A stretch of DNA of 64,000 nt, taken from contig NW_021836148.1 of assembly GCF_006345805.1 (NCBI RefSeq), forward strand, positions 99,128 to 163,127, written 5' to 3'. Below are positions 25,021-39,539 of this stretch, piece by piece; the first letter of the stretch is position 1; the number at the start of each line of letters is the position of its first letter. Under the pieces are notes generated by a model that was not told the DNA's origin, did no database searches, and worked only from the letters and a program-made list of their open reading frames with translations. The translations under genes and the position numbers were made by a program. The stretch comes from Octopus sinensis. Its lineage: Eukaryota.

Positions 25021-27559
25021 AAGTATATGTATATGTATATATATGTATATGTATATATATGTATATATATATGTATATGTATATATATGTATATATAATG
25101 TATATATATATATATGTATATATATGTATATATATATGTATATGTATATGTATATGATATGTATATATATATGTATATATATATGTATATGTATATATAT
25201 ATGTATATATATGTATATGTATATATATATGTATTATATATGTATATATATATGTATATATATATGTGTATATATATGTGTGTATATATATGTGTGTATA
25301 TATATGTGTGTATATATATAGTGTATATATATATATGTATGTGTGTAATATATGTGTATATATATGTATATATATATATATACATACGAGTCATAGTATT
25401 ATCTTAGTTATTTAAAAGCACACGTTTATTTCTGACTGGTGCTATCTACTATAAAACGTCAAAACTTTCGTCACAGGAATGTAAAATCGCTCACACTAAA
25501 TTGGACAACTGCCCGTAAAAGAATTACCTTATATATCAAAATGACTAGCTTTAACATGAATGAAATTACTAAAAGAGTAACATAGAAACAGAATAGAGTG
25601 AAAACCACTGAGGCTTATAAAATCTGGCCAGTAAATGATTTTCAACAGATGTAGAGAAACAGTGTCGGAAAATATGTCGCAGGAAGTGTTCTTAGATGGT
25701 TAAAACAATTATCCGTCCATATTTTGCATAAAACATTCTTGGATATATTTATTCCCATTCATTTTATTAGTTCTTATTATAGCTTCCTCTCTTATATTTC
25801 ACAAGCCAAGGCAACCCATAAAAGTTTCTGTATAATCGTCGACCAGGTGGCGATTACGGAACATTTTTCGTTAAGCTCAATGACTTATTATTAGTTTTTT
25901 TATATATATATATTTTTTTACTGCGTAATTATATTTGCACATATTTTTATTGTTAGGCAGACGTATGTCTAAACTGATTTTTGCAGGTTTCTAAGATGTA
26001 TGAAGCTTTTGAGATTGTCCTTACTGTTAATTTTACTTTTCTGACATCAGAAAATATTAGCTGTATCTTTTACTTTTTATATATGTATTTCTTGCAATAC
26101 TAAATTGATAGACAACGAATAAAACGGAAGCAATTCTAATGTCTCTTATTCAGCAAGAGCTCCGGGGAAGGCAACATTTACATATTATTTTTATTATTAT
26201 AAATTTTTTATTATAACTTGACTCAAAAACAAACATTAATACATATGTGTGTATGTGTGTGTGAGTGTACATATATGCTGTGTGTGTGTGTTCATATATA
26301 TTCATAAATGTATGTTTCTACAAACACATAAATGTTCACACATTTATATATGCATGTGTGTGTGTGGTTGTGCATATACACATGTATACATATAGACATA
26401 TGCATTTATTTAAATATAGCAACGTACCAATATTAAGAGGTAAGCAAACACAGATATTGATATGAAGTTTAGATAAACGGAGTGAGAAAACCAAATGAGG
26501 TAAATTCTTCTATGCACAAATATTTATTCGTCTTCACCGATATATAGATTTTAATGTATATAAATAAAAACAGACACAGATCCATGTCCATATCCATAAA
26601 AACCTATCAGAAATTATTTCGAAAAAAGTTGTCTGTTGACCCTCCAATTAAGACCTCTGATTATCTTAAACATACCAAAATAACCTTGTATAGAAAGCAA
26701 GGTATGATTGACTGCTTCATGTTGTAGAGTTCACATAAAGAAATTTTTACATATGCCTTCATTCTGTAACACAGCTTAAATAAATTTTGAAAATATCAGT
26801 GGTGCCACTAGCAAGCAGAATAAGCTGGAACATAAAACTTTCTGATTTTCGAATATTTTGCTGGAGTTTGATGTATGAGTGAGGTCATAGCTCTATCTTT
26901 CTGCAAAGAGAGATTGTATACATAATGTTTTGGTACATGCATGTTTATATATATATAATATATATATTATATATATATATTGATTATATTCAGCTCCCTC
27001 TTAAATTCATGCATTAGTCAATGCAGATAATTCTTTTGTGACGGGTGAGAAAATGAGTTAAAATCTTTAGTGATCAGTTTTTTTTTTTCTTGCTATATTT
27101 TCTTAGCACATATCTCCATCTGTGTGAAATCATCACTTTTCGAATGATATATCTGACGCCCACTTGCATATTTGCAATGGCAGGTCTCCTGGATATACAG
27201 CCGTGTCTTGAAACAATTCTTGTAATTTTATGATGTAAACCACTTGAATGCTACAGTAAACTATCATTCGCTCAAAACTACTTTTAATATCAGAAATCTA
27301 TAATTTTAAAATACATTTCATCTTGCATTTATCTGAATTTTTACGGGTTGTATAACCAGCCAAGGTGTTGATGTCTTTGGATTTAATTTTCTTCTGTGCT
27401 CATGTCCTATTTTATTACTTGAAACTTGATATGCCAAAATATGAAAGGAGAACGTGGGTAGCAATCCCACTAAGTATGAAAAAAATATTATTGTTATTAC
27501 TTTTTAACGACTTTTTGAAATCATGGTAAATTCCAGAGTCCATGCTCTAATCAAATATA

Positions 27560-27652
27560 CAACAATCCCTCGATAATCGCGGGTGTTACGTTCCAAAATC
27601 CCACGCGATAGGTGATAATCCGCGAAGTAGATACAGTACTGTACTGTATTTT

Positions 27653-27684
<32 letters not shown>

Positions 27685-28258
27685 AATTTGTATATATTTA
27701 TTTTATTATAAATGGCGAGAGATTACTGTATATGTACCTCATCTACGTACCCGATTTGGATCTTTTCGGTTTGAACGGCAGTTTTTTCTAGCGGTGTCAT
27801 ATGAAATTGTCACCCATAATTATGACCCTAGTATCGATCTATTGCATTTCAATCTGTTTTAGGGTTAGTTAGGGTTAGGGGTGGGGGAAGGGTATCTTTT
27901 TTATTCACAAATGTAAATAAATTCAATCTGTTTCTTAAACGAGAGACATATTCATACGGCACAGAATGTATTTTTACCTCAATAGACGTATTTGATTGGT
28001 TGAAATTGCAGAAATTGAAAAACAAAAAAACAACAAATATCTTACAAACTATAGAATTTTCTCAATAAAGCCAAGAGAAAAAGATGTTTTATAAGCACAT
28101 TCTACCAGTATACGAAGTTTAAAATTTTTTAGTTACCTAGAAATTATGTTAAAAACTGCCGTTCAAACCGAAAAGATCCCTGTACCCTATTTTATTATTA
28201 TTATTATTTTTATATGTGAACCGTGATATGTGAACTGCGATATGGCGAGGGATAACTG
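27560..28258. mobile_element. pogo/Tigger-like MITE interrupted by a Merlin-like MITE, right end duplicated
   Basis: TA|CAACAATCCCTCG ... CGAGGGATAACTG|TA. A near-copy of the right end plus flank lies at about 27712-27742. Confidence 0.65.
27758..28179. mobile_element. Merlin-like MITE monomer with internal TTAGGG repeats
   Basis: Perfect 29-bp TIR GGATCTTTTCGGTTTGAACGGCAGTTTTT. Same body as 29886-30297 in the opposite orientation. No clean 8-bp TSD at this copy. Confidence 0.85.
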
Positions 28259-28318
28259 TATATGTACCCCATTTTTTTTATAGTCTGTGCATGTCAGTTT
28301 TCAGAATATAGACACCAT

Positions 28319-28701
28319 GGAAGCACTCCGTCGGTTCCGACGACGAGGGTTCCGGTTGATCCGATCAACGGAACAGCCTGCTCGTGAAATTAACGTGTAA
28401 GTGGCTGAGCACTCCACAGACACGTGTACCCTTAACGTAGTTCTCGGGGATATTCAGCGTGACACAGAGAGTGACAAGGCCGGCCCATTGAAATACAGGT
28501 ACAACAGAAACAGGAAGTAAGAGAGAGAGAGAGAGTTGTGGTGAAAGAGTACAGCAGGGATCACCACCATCCCCTGCCGGAGCCTCGTGGAGCTTTAGGT
28601 GTTTTCACTCAATAAACACTCACAACGCCCGGTCTGGGAATCGAAACCGCGATCCTACGACCGCGAGTCCGCTGCCCTAACCACTGGGCCATTGCGCCTC
28701 C
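28319..28701 (-). mobile_element. SINE family C with tail type X
   Basis: tRNA-like head on the minus strand. TSD ATAGACACCAT at 28308-28318 and 28702-28712. Confidence 0.92.
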
Positions 28702-29239
28702 ATAGACACCATACTCCTACGTGTAACAAGGGACTGAGGAAGAGACAACCAGGAGGTTCAGTGAGAGGAAGAACGTATAACGTGACACACTGTTCCCCCC
28801 CCGAAAAAAATCTGCGCTGCCTTGGAAAATTAGACGTAAAATTATGATAATGAAGTTTATGTTATACATGTGGGTATATGCGATCGCATGGAGTTCATAG
28901 CCCCGTCCCCCAAAATGGACACTCAGTAATCGGAATACAGAAAATATATCTAGTTTTATAACGATCATATTAATAAAATATTATGCATAATTAGTGGCTT
29001 CGTCAGTCTGATAGACTTATGATCTCAGATGCGACATTTTGGATCTAGGACGACTCTTCACAAGGACTAAAGAATAAGGGAATTGTATGCAGCGCTAAGA
29101 CTTTAGAAGAAAACTGGAAATTATTGTTTTTCTAAGGAAAACTAATCTTTGTTGCAAATACAATTGTTCATATTTGAGACCTGAAAAGTTATGCTCTCTG
29201 ATACAACAACCGGTAAATTTTACTTAGTACATGAAAAAG

Positions 29240-29537
29240 GTGGAGGCGCAATGGCCTAGTGGTTAGGGCAGCGGACTCGCGGTCGCAGGATCGTGGTTTC
29301 GATTCCCAGACCGGGCGTTGTGTGTGTTTATTGAGCGAAAACACCTAAAAGTTCCACGAGGCTCCGGCAGGGGGTGGTGATCCCTGATGTACTCTCTCTC
29401 CCACTCTTTCTTCTGTTGACCTGCTCGCTTAGCCAGCGGGGTCGCGTCATTCGAAGGCTAAAACAATGCGAACGCATTGTGACCGGCGATGTGTAACAAC
29501 ATCTGATGGTCTGGTCAGTCACGCGATCACAGTGATC
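29240..29537 (+). mobile_element. SINE family C with tail type Y
   Basis: Head GGAGGCGCAATGGCCTAGTGGTTAGGGCAGCGGACTCGCGGTCG. TSD ACATGAAAAAG at 29229-29239 and 29538-29548. Confidence 0.92.
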
Positions 29538-29885
29538 ACATGAAAAAGAGAAAGAATGAAGGAAATGCAGGCAGAAAGAATAAAAAAAGAAAGGTAAAGT
29601 GATACAGATTAAAAGAAAGTAAGGTAGAAAGAGATAAAACAAAATAAAAGAGAAGAAAATACGAAAGGGAAATGTAAAGGAGTAAAGAAATAAAGGGCTG
29701 GAAGAGTAGAGTGCACCAACAGTAAACGGCCAGAGGCAATTGGAATACATGGAGCTACAGTGCTGACCCTTTTATTGTCGCTTAGACCAGTACTAAAGAA
29801 TGTGAAAAGGGATGAAATGCATCAGGTTTAAAAAAATACAACGAGTTAACAGGAATGTTTCAGACATGCATATACAACAAAATCT

Positions 29886-30297
29886 AGATCTTTTCGGTTT
29901 GAACGGCAGTTTTTAACATAATTTCTAGGTAACTAAAAATGTTAAAACTTCGTATACTGGTAGAATGTGTTTATAAAACATCTTTTTCTCTTGGCTTTAT
30001 TGTGAAAATTTTATAGTTTGTAAGATATTTGTTTTTTGTTTTTTTCAATTTCTGCAATTTCAACCAATCAAATACGTCTATTGAGGTAAAAATACATTCT
30101 GTGCCGTATGAATATGTCCCTCGTTTAAGAAACAGATTGGGTTTATTTACATTTGTGAATAAAAAAAGATACCCTTCTCCCTAACCCTAACCCTAAAACA
30201 GATTGAAATGCAATAGATCGATACTAGGGTCATTATTATGGGTAACAATTTCATATGACACCGCTAGAAAAAACTGCCGTTCAAACCGAAAAGACCC
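29886..30297. mobile_element. Merlin-like MITE monomer with internal CCCTAA repeats
   Basis: TIRs (A/G)GATCTTTTCGGTTTGAACGGCAGTTTTT. 8-bp TSD CAAAATCT at 29878-29885 and 30298-30305. Confidence 0.88.
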
Positions 30298-30496
30298 CAA
30301 AATCTTCTCAATCAGAAGCTTCGAGGAGGCAAGAACGAATGTTTTTTTTTAAAGAAAAAAACTCCCAGCAATTTACTATATTAGAAGGAGTCTGTTAGTC
30401 AAATGCAAGCTTTATTCCCACAGAAGGAGAAAATATTTCACTTTTGGAGAAAAAAGGGCCAATGCTAAACAATTTGCTTATATATATATATATATA

Positions 30497-31029
30497 CTAG
30501 CAGTATCGCCCGGCTTTGATCGGGTTTGTAAGGGAAATAACTATATAAGCATTTTTAGAGAGTTATAGCAAAAAAATGCATTAAAAATGGAATAAAAAAT
30601 GATGGTAATTTTTTTTTAAATCGTTGACTCAGTGTCTTCAAGCCATGAAGTCGTTGTTCTAAAAGAACGCTGGTCTCCTTGACAACGCTTTACGACGTTG
30701 ATTTCCTTACACTCCCTTCCCCACAGCTTCACGAGGGAGGGAAGAAGGGGGAGAAGCAACACAGGTGCATGTGTGAGCATGGACGCCAACTCCGCCGCCA
30801 TCGACACACGAAAAATTATGCATTAAAATGGAATAAAAAATGATGTTAAATTATTTTTAAATTGTAGACTCATCGTAGACGCGCGCGAATACACAGACGG
30901 GCTCGATATGAATCACGACTATAAGATACCTGAACTTGGTTAAACTGCACCGCAAAATGTGGGAGTAGTTAGGAATCTAAATCGAAGGGGACAGACACTC
31001 ACACAACTACAGTTTTATATATATATAGA
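30497..31029 (-). mobile_element. Non-autonomous Helitron
   Basis: On the minus strand it starts A|TCTATATATATA and ends with a CCCG...CGGG hairpin then CTAG|T. No TSD. Second copy at 45340-45848. Confidence 0.85.
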
Positions 31030-31152
31030 TATATATATATATATTGTACAATATTGTAAGATACTTTTGCTATTATGATTCTAATATATTCTTTAGTCTT
31101 GTAAAACAAATCTGTTTTTCATCTTATTTCTTTCAGTGTATGTGCATATGTA

Positions 31153-31185
<33 letters not shown>

Positions 31186-31610
31186 CATACATACATACAT
31201 ATATGCATGCAAGCAGAAATAATAGAGCCTGTTTGTCTCACCGTTTTCATATCTCATCAGTTTAAACTATGTTATGCTTTCGTTTTTACTCAATAGCATA
31301 AGTAGTAAATACTACTGTGTCAGTTAGTTATCCAAACACATTATACTGTAAAACTTGAGGACTTATGCTTAGTCAGAGAAAACACTTTTACTAAAATATA
31401 AAGAAATAATATTTGTTTAAAATGCTAGAAAGATAATTTCAACAACTTGTAAGATTATTTACTAAGAAACCCATAATTTGCTGAATAAATGTATACATTC
31501 TTATAAATCAAATGCATACTCTAAAACTGACATTTATTTTCAATAAATTTCAAATTATAAGCATACAGGACTTTATTTTGGCAAAGAATTTTGATTTAAA
31601 AAGAGAATAG

Positions 31611-31646
<36 letters not shown>

Positions 31647-31661
31647 ATATATATATATATA

Positions 31662-31900
31662 GCACCGTCCGTTCGTGGCCGTTTGCCAGCTCTGTCTGGC
31701 ACCTGTGCAGGTGGCACGTAAAAAGCACCCACTACACTCACGGAGTGGTTGGCGTTAGGAAGGGCATCCAGCCGTAGAACCACTGCCAGATCTGACTGGG
31801 CCTGACGAAGCCTTCCGCTTCACAGACCCCAGTTGAACCGTCCAACCCATGCTAGCATGGAAAGCGGACGCTAAATGATGATGATGATGATGATGATGAT
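31662..31900 (+). mobile_element. Family E retroposon 3' part with (GAT)n tail
   Basis: GTGGCACGTAAAAAGCACCCACTACACTCACGGAGTGG...CCCATGCTAGCATGG...(GAT)n. Copies at 38330 and 45888. Confidence 0.8.
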
Positions 31901-31922
31901 ATCTATATATATATATATATAT

Positions 31923-32172
31923 ATACTAAGCAATAAGGGTTTAGCAACGAGTTGCCTTACCACATACCGAATTTAGAAATAGCAGTCAAAGGGTTATAGC
32001 TATTTCTTCTACTAAAAAGGTATGTGGTAAGGCAACTCGTTGCTAAACTCTTATTGCTTAGTATTACTTAAATTTTCCTCGAATGAGGCTTTTACATGCC
32101 GAAGACTACTTGGTGTAATTGATAATTTTTCCAAATTAATTAATTTCACCCTTCATTATTACGGATAACCTT
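31923..32172. repeat. Short element in (TA)n beginning with a 46-bp inverted repeat
   Basis: Arms 31923-31968 and 32019-32064 (one mismatch). Inner hairpin AGAAATAGC/GCTATTTCT. Confidence 0.85.
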
Positions 32173-32920
32173 ATATATATATATATATAAGCAAAACAAT
32201 GCAAAACGTTCTGTCAACCTTAATCTATCAACCTGATACACTCTTTAAATAAAACGGTTCTGTAATTAGCACTGCTGCAAATGAAACCTGGGTATGCAAG
32301 TGTAGTTAAGACAGACTCATGTAACTAGAGTGGTGTTTCATGCAGGCACTCAGACATTCTAGATTGAGGTGGTGTTGCAGCACCACAGGCAAACATTCAA
32401 AGACAAATATTAAATGACGTTCTTTTTAAGAGATGCTTAAAGACTTACCAACATACTGTTATATCAAAACCACAGACATACTGTTTCTTCTCACATCTTC
32501 TAATGCCTCTACAAATACTTCTGCTTCCCTTAACATATAGAATACATACCATTTCCCACTCAAATTCACAATTTTTTCCTCACTTTTCTCTTTGCTTTAT
32601 GACTATTATATTTCACCATCAAATTCTTAAACAATTTGCTTTACCTAATGCTGAGACCAATCCAATCGTCTCTCTGAGAAAGTTTTCTAATGTAGCATTA
32701 GATTACTGAACTTCAATTGAAACATGAACAACCATGACTACACCAATTTGACAGATTGCAACAAATGGTAAGGACGTGACACCTTCTCTTGAATTTAAAC
32801 AATTATATAAATAAAAATTGCACTCATCAAAGGAAATTTATTTTTAGGTTAATTTGGTCATTGAATATAAGCTTAATCATAAGAAAATCGATAATATATG
32901 CTGCTACATGAAAACTTCCA

Positions 32921-32951
<31 letters not shown>

Positions 32952-34129
32952 ATATATTATATTATATGTATGTGTGCATACCTTCCTTCATACATACATG
33001 CATGCACTCATAAAATTAAATTGAAAAGGAAAAATACCAATTGCTTTTTCACAAGATACTTGTGCTAAAGAATTTTAAATTCATAATTAGCCAAAGTAAA
33101 TATTGGAATATTTTCAAACCAGAAGCTGTGATCTGGAATTGGATTAGGAACAAGCTGTTGTTCTATTGACATCCATTATTGGCTTCCATACAACATGCCA
33201 CATTGAATTATTCTTTCATTTTGCTGTTAATTGGAACTACTTGATTTAAACATATGTTGTTCAAGTGAAAACAATGGAAATAAATAACTGATTGAATTAA
33301 CAAAGTAAATGTAACAAAATTTTTACTTTATTTTTAAGTCTATATTTACCTTCTTTACTTTTTTTTCTTTTTTTTTTTGTAATGTTACATTTATTTTAAA
33401 ACTACATTAATTGTTGTTTATTTCTTATCTTGAATTATTGAATTCTAAATGAATTCTTTGTTAATATTCTTCGTCAAAACTTTTAATTTAGTTTAGTTTC
33501 GCAATGTTTCTGTATTTGATACACAAGTGAGTTTTGAAAATTAGTTTCCAACTTCAAACTATTGGTGAATTTTAAAATACCTTAGTAAAAATGGTAGGAG
33601 GAATTTATGGTCTGATGTATTTTCTGTTCAGTAATTACTTTGGGTCTGTGTGTTTTTTTTTTTTTTTTCTCCTTTCACAAAAACAATTTATCATTGATAA
33701 CAAAATTAAATTGTATGGAACATTGTACAAAGGGAGTTAAACTTAAATATTTTTTTTTATATCTAACTGAAACTGGGAGGGATATATAGTGGTAAAATTT
33801 GTTTATTAGCATATTGTTGGAACAATTGTTTTTATTGCTGGTTACCTCTCTTATTGCGAACCATTCATTCATGAAATAGGTGCAGTATTTGCAAGTCTCA
33901 TAACTATGGTTACTTCAGTCTGTCTTAGTTGAATGGTTAGTAGTCTGAAGATCATCCAAGTATAAAAATGTTCCAAAACAATCGCTTCAATAATATGCAA
34001 ATGTCTAAATCTACAAGAACCTATACAGGCATGAAAAAATAGTTGCAAAACAATAAAAGGGTATGTATATTAATACCTACCGATATCCATACACACCACA
34101 TACATACATTATGTATATATCATCTAAAT

Positions 34130-34214
34130 TCGTTTATATATACATACATATATATATAAATAAACATATTTATATTATATATATATATATATATATATTA
34201 CATACATACATACA

Positions 34215-34257
<43 letters not shown>

Positions 34258-34265
34258 ATACATGC

Positions 34266-34297
<32 letters not shown>

Positions 34298-34380
34298 CAT
34301 GCATATATATAATATATATATATAATGTCTTATATATAAATATACATATATATATACATACATATGTATTAAATAATTAC

Positions 34381-34424
<44 letters not shown>

Positions 34425-34652
34425 TATATATATAACATACATATATATATATATAATAATATAATATATATACATATAAATATATATATAATTATAATAT
34501 ATATATAATTATATATATATATATATCAGATATATCTATATATATATACATATATATATATTATATATATATCTACATATATATATAAATATACACACAT
34601 ATATTATATATATATATAGATATATATATATATACATATATATTATATATAT
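34130..34652. repeat. Long degenerate (TA)n/(TACA)n tract
   Basis: Directly visible. Similar tracts at about 23220-23518, 25022-25385, 50390-50745 and 62310-62760. Confidence 0.95.
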
Positions 34653-35235
34653 TGTTCACCAATTTAGATGAATCGTTTTCATAAGATTGTATGTTTCAAA
34701 TTCCAGCTTTATTTATTCATTCTATGTAAATTTAGGTAGTTAAAGTGTTTATTACATGCTCGACTTTTAACTTTTGACTTTTTACTACATATGATTAGTT
34801 TTGTTGTTTGAAACAGAGAAAAGGATGATTTACAAAGAAACTTGAGAGAAAGAATACTTCTAAACTACTCTTCAAATATAAAGCTTTCAGCTGGCGGCAC
34901 TCTAAAATTTCTTTCAAATTATTAATTTTCCCATATTGTACACATAGTTTTCTAATAACAGCTAAAACAAGCCAACAAGTGAATCCACAACTTAGAAATA
35001 ACCAAAAGTTAATATCCTATAAATTTTTATTGTAACTCTGGTAGAGCAGTGTCTAGTCTTTCGAATGCCTTTATGAAGTATTCAGTCCAGGTTTCTTGTC
35101 TGAGAATAATTTTCTTCCTTCTTCCCACAAGTCTTAAGGGTATCCCTAAGGGTTGTGTACTCTAATCTTCTGATTAAACAATTACAAAAAATGGAGTGTT
35201 ATTGAATGAGACTATAACTTCTACTGAAAGATAAA

Positions 35236-35266
<31 letters not shown>

Positions 35267-35437
35267 TGTATGTATGTATGTTTGTGTATGTATGTCATTA
35301 TTCAGTTTATTTCAAGATTTCTTGCCAATAGAGAAAGAACCAGTTTCTAACCTAGATCCAAGTCTCCATTGGAATTTCAACATCAACAACAGGGTATGTA
35401 TGTATATTTTATGTATGTATTCTCATGCATACAGTTG

Positions 35438-35477
<40 letters not shown>

Positions 35478-35482
<5 letters not shown>

Positions 35483-35640
35483 AGAATTCATGAAAATAAC
35501 AAAAGACGATGACAGGCGGTGTAGAAAACAAACAGATGTATTAGTATAGCGCTCAGGAATTGAAAAAGTCTTTAACGTTTTGAGCCTATGCTCTTCCACA
35601 GAAAGGGACACAGAAAAAACAAGGAGAGAAAAAAAATGTG
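35478..35640 (-). mobile_element. Short repeat with decayed variant hammerhead (35569-35605), same family as 58555-58762
   Basis: Minus strand: CTTT-CTGTGGA-A-GAGC ATAG GCTC-AAAAC-GT-T-AAAG. Shares the flanking TTCCTGAGCGC and TTTGTTT..ACCTGCC..CGTCTTTTGTT with the 58.6-kb copy. Confidence 0.7.
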
Positions 35641-36549
35641 TGTAGTGGCTACCGATCTATGAGGGCAAATGCTGGACAGAAGAATCATGCAGGAGAGCTA
35701 AAAAGTAGGGGAGATAACAAAATAGTAGTGATCCCAAAACGAAGGTGTGCATGTGTGTAAGAGAGTACGTATGTGTGTGAAAGATGGCTATATATATATA
35801 TATATATTTGTTTTTATATTTATATGTTTATGTGATTATAATAATAATAATGAAATTATTGTATACAGTGCACCACATATCTATATACTTACACAGAAAT
35901 AGACATTCAAAACAAAAAAAAACCGAATATCGATTCATATGTGAAGAGTTTATTTATTCAGGTAACAGAAAAATAAAGTTTTGCTCTCTACACCTGGTGC
36001 CTTATTCTGCAGACGTTTCCAAAAATGATGAATATGGAACTCAATTTATTGATTATTAACATAGGCACAAGACAACATACTCTCAATAATATAACAATCA
36101 ATTAAATTGAACTCAATATTAAACTCAGATTCTGTTTTATTGAACCAAAGCTTGTGTTTATTATTGGCAAAATGACCCTCCCTTGGTACAACAAAATATG
36201 TTTCAACACATGAATTCACATCAAGAGTCTTGCAAGCCAAAACAAAAATGAAATATATTATTGTTGGAATTGATTAATTTTTCTTTGTGGTTTTTCACCA
36301 GGGAGGTAAATTGTCAGATGGCTTACTTTTTAAATGAAATGTTTATTATTAAAAGAAATATTGCTTTGATATCCCATCTGACAATTGCTTCTATTGTAAG
36401 AAACTTAAAGTAATTAGAAAGTAATCAACTTGAACAATAAAATGTGATAGAATATTTACACTTTGTGATATGGCTTGCAAGTGTTGTGTGTGTGTGTGTG
36501 TGTGTCTGTCTGTCTATATGTGTGTGTGTATGTGTGTGTATATATATTC

Positions 36550-36910
36550 TTTTATTTTTTTTTATTTGTTTCAGTCATTTTGACTACAGCCATGCTGGAG
36601 CACCACCTTTAGTCAAACAAATCGACCCCAGGACTTATTCTTTGTAAGCCTTTTTTTATTCTATCAGTTTCTTTTGCTCAAACACTAAGTTACAGAGACA
36701 CAAACACACCAACATCGGTTGAACTGGTGGTAGGTGGAGGGTAGAACTTCTTTCAGTTTCTTATTATCAAATCCACTCACAAGGCTTTGATGGGCCTGTG
36801 GTTGTAGTAGAAGACACTTGCCAAGGTGCCATGCAGTGGGACTGAACCCAGAACCATGTGGCTGGTAAGCAAGCTACCTTCTACACAGCAAAAACACTCT
36901 CCTGCACCCT
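36550..36910 (-). mobile_element. SINE family B (diverged)
   Basis: Reverse complement of family B. Confidence 0.85.
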
Positions 36911-37168
36911 AATATATATTAGATATATATATATATATTATATATATATATATAAACACACATATACATACACACACAGATATATATGACAAATTATGAA
37001 TAAATTGCTTACTAAGATTTTCAGAGTAAAATGATAGATATTATAAATACCACAAAACAGAGAAGTACAAATAGCCTCTGGTGACAGTACTTTGAGCACT
37101 ATCTTCCTTGTAGAGCAACAGCATTACAGAATAAAAAAAGAACACTACCACACTTTTGCAGTAAATTA

Positions 37169-37736
37169 TTGGGTTGTCTGGAAAGTTCATGCCGATTTTT
37201 AAAGGAAAGAAAAAAGGTCAATAAATACCTGCCATTACATCTTTAATCAACCAAATATGAACCATTTTGTTGCACAATGCATCTCTATCTTTCCTTTAAC
37301 TTGAAAACACCCTCTTCCCAGAATTGAGGTTGTTTCATGGCAAAAAATTCATTTCATCAAGGTATCTTTTTACGCCATCCTAGGAATTGAATATTTTACA
37401 ATTAAGACTATTCTGCACAGACCTAAATAAGTGGAAATCTGAAGGAGCAATATCTGGTGAATATAGAGGGTGGGGTAACACATCCCAGCCGAGCTACAGC
37501 AATTTTTGTCTGGTTCCCAAAGCATCAAGTGCCGAAAATGAACTTTATTATTTTCCATTTTAAAGGATTACAGAATTACACAGGTTATAGGAAACATAAA
37601 TCTTCTTCCACCGAAGATAGCTTAAACTGTGCTCTAAATGAGGTGTATCAAATCCTTTTTATGAACTCAACCATGTTCTAAAATAAGTCGAAAGGTAAGC
37701 TACTATAAATTGGCATGAACTTTCCGGACAAAACAA
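37169..37736 (-). mobile_element. Internally deleted mariner (568 bp)
   Basis: TIRs TTGGGTTGTCTGGAAAGTTCATGCCGATTT and its reverse complement, with TA flanks. MENNKVHFRHLMLWE is fused to the C-terminal PHPLYSPDIAPSDFHLFRS region. Confidence 0.9.
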
Positions 37737-38329
37737 TAGATACTTCAAGTCTATTTTCATCTATGTTTAACTTTACTATTTATTCTTTTTGTAGATGCAA
37801 GTATAACCAGACTAAAAGTTTTCCTTTTGCAATCATGAAGTCCTAGATTCAACTCCACTGCATGGTACCTAAGGTAAGTGTCTTTTACTATAACCTAGGC
37901 TAACTAATGTGTTGTGAGTGTTTAGCAGCCTCTAAGATAGACTTCATCTATGTTATAAAGTATTGTCCTTCCCATAGACTGTTACACTGAATCTGCCAAA
38001 GGATTGCATTATTCATTATGTCTGTGATCTACATGGTGATTTAATTATAAATAGGAGGTCATTTGAATGACTGAAAAATTGAAAAGCTCAGGATATTTTG
38101 TTGGTTACATGACTAGTAGAGTAAATAATAACATCTTTAAATGATGATGATGATTATGATGATGAATACACACACACATATATATATAATAGTATTTTAT
38201 AAGCTTAAAGCATATAAGCAATCACCATGCAATGACTAAAGGAAATAGTCTAATAATGGGGCATATAAGCCATTGCAGTGAAAGTATGTATGTATATATA
38301 TATATATATCAAAAATCAAAGAATCAAAA

Positions 38330-38596
38330 AGTCAAAAAAAAAAATCAAATCAAAATCGAAATCGATCAACATCAATGGAATTTGTAGTTTGTGGTACCAA
38401 TGCTGGTGGCACATAAGAGAACCAACCGAACGTGGCCGTAGCCAGCACCGCATCGACTGGCCTCCGTGCTGGTGGCATGTAACAAACACCATCCCATCGT
38501 GGCCGTGCCAGCCTCGCTTGGCGTCCGTGCCGGTGGCACGTAAAAAGCACCATCCGAGTGGCACATAAAAAAGCACCCACTACACTCACGGAGTGA
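38330..38596 (+). mobile_element. Family E retroposon internal part with tandem GTGGCAC(G/A)TAA subrepeats
   Basis: Four subrepeats ending in AAAAAGCACCCACTACACTCACGGAGTG. Confidence 0.75.
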
Positions 38597-39539
38597 CTCA
38601 CTTTACTGACTCAGACTGCCACTTTCTCTAGACCATCCCACATCTTAACCACTACATGACTTTCCACAGTATTCGTTCACCTTCAGTTTCTCCCTCATTT
38701 ACTCACCTCCAACCCAAGTGATAATGTCCCCTATCTTTATGAGATCACATGACCTCTGAGAGTTGTAACTACTTGGTACTTTCTGTATATTTCCTACTAC
38801 AGTATTCAAACAAGTTATAATGACCTTACATTTGATGGTTTTTTATGTGTATGGCAACTAGTCACAATGGCTAATATATTTTGTTTAGATTAATCATTTT
38901 TTTTTTCTGGTGGGTGGTACTTAATTTTTCCATTCTATCTTGAAAAATTGCATCTAGAGGAAACATCAAAATAAACGGCAGCTTGATACCAAATATACTT
39001 GTAGCATCCCGAGCAACTGTCCACTCAATAGCAAATATCTGCAAAAAAAAAATGTATAAAAATATATATTCTTAAACATATAACTTTCCTGTATGCTATA
39101 TTGCATAAATTCAAAAGGTTGTACTTCTCTATCAATAAATTCCATTTGATTTCATCTGGCAACATATTAAATTATTATGACACATTGTTATGAAACAGTC
39201 ATATATCTGACAATGTTTATGAAACATCAGAAATATGTCTGCAGCATATGTATCCAGTATTTTATATAACCAAGTTTTTTATATGAAATATATTAAAGAA
39301 TCCTTGTCATCTACGATAATTGTAAATTGTAAATATTCAGTGTAATTTCTTATTTGATAATATTTTATCTATCATATATTTGCTTATTTTTGCCTACTGG
39401 TGTGATAGCAAATCTTAATTTAGTATGACATAAAGTGTCTCCCTTATTTACCGGAATGACTGAAATAATAGATATTAAGTTAATATTGTTTTTTCTCTTA
39501 CCACGTACATATTTCTAAATAGGTATTTAATTCTCACTC

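Noticed and set aside
32200-32900. Possible AP-endonuclease remnant (NETW- and GGVA-like fragments)
   Set aside because: Too degenerate to call by eye; it needs a profile HMM search.
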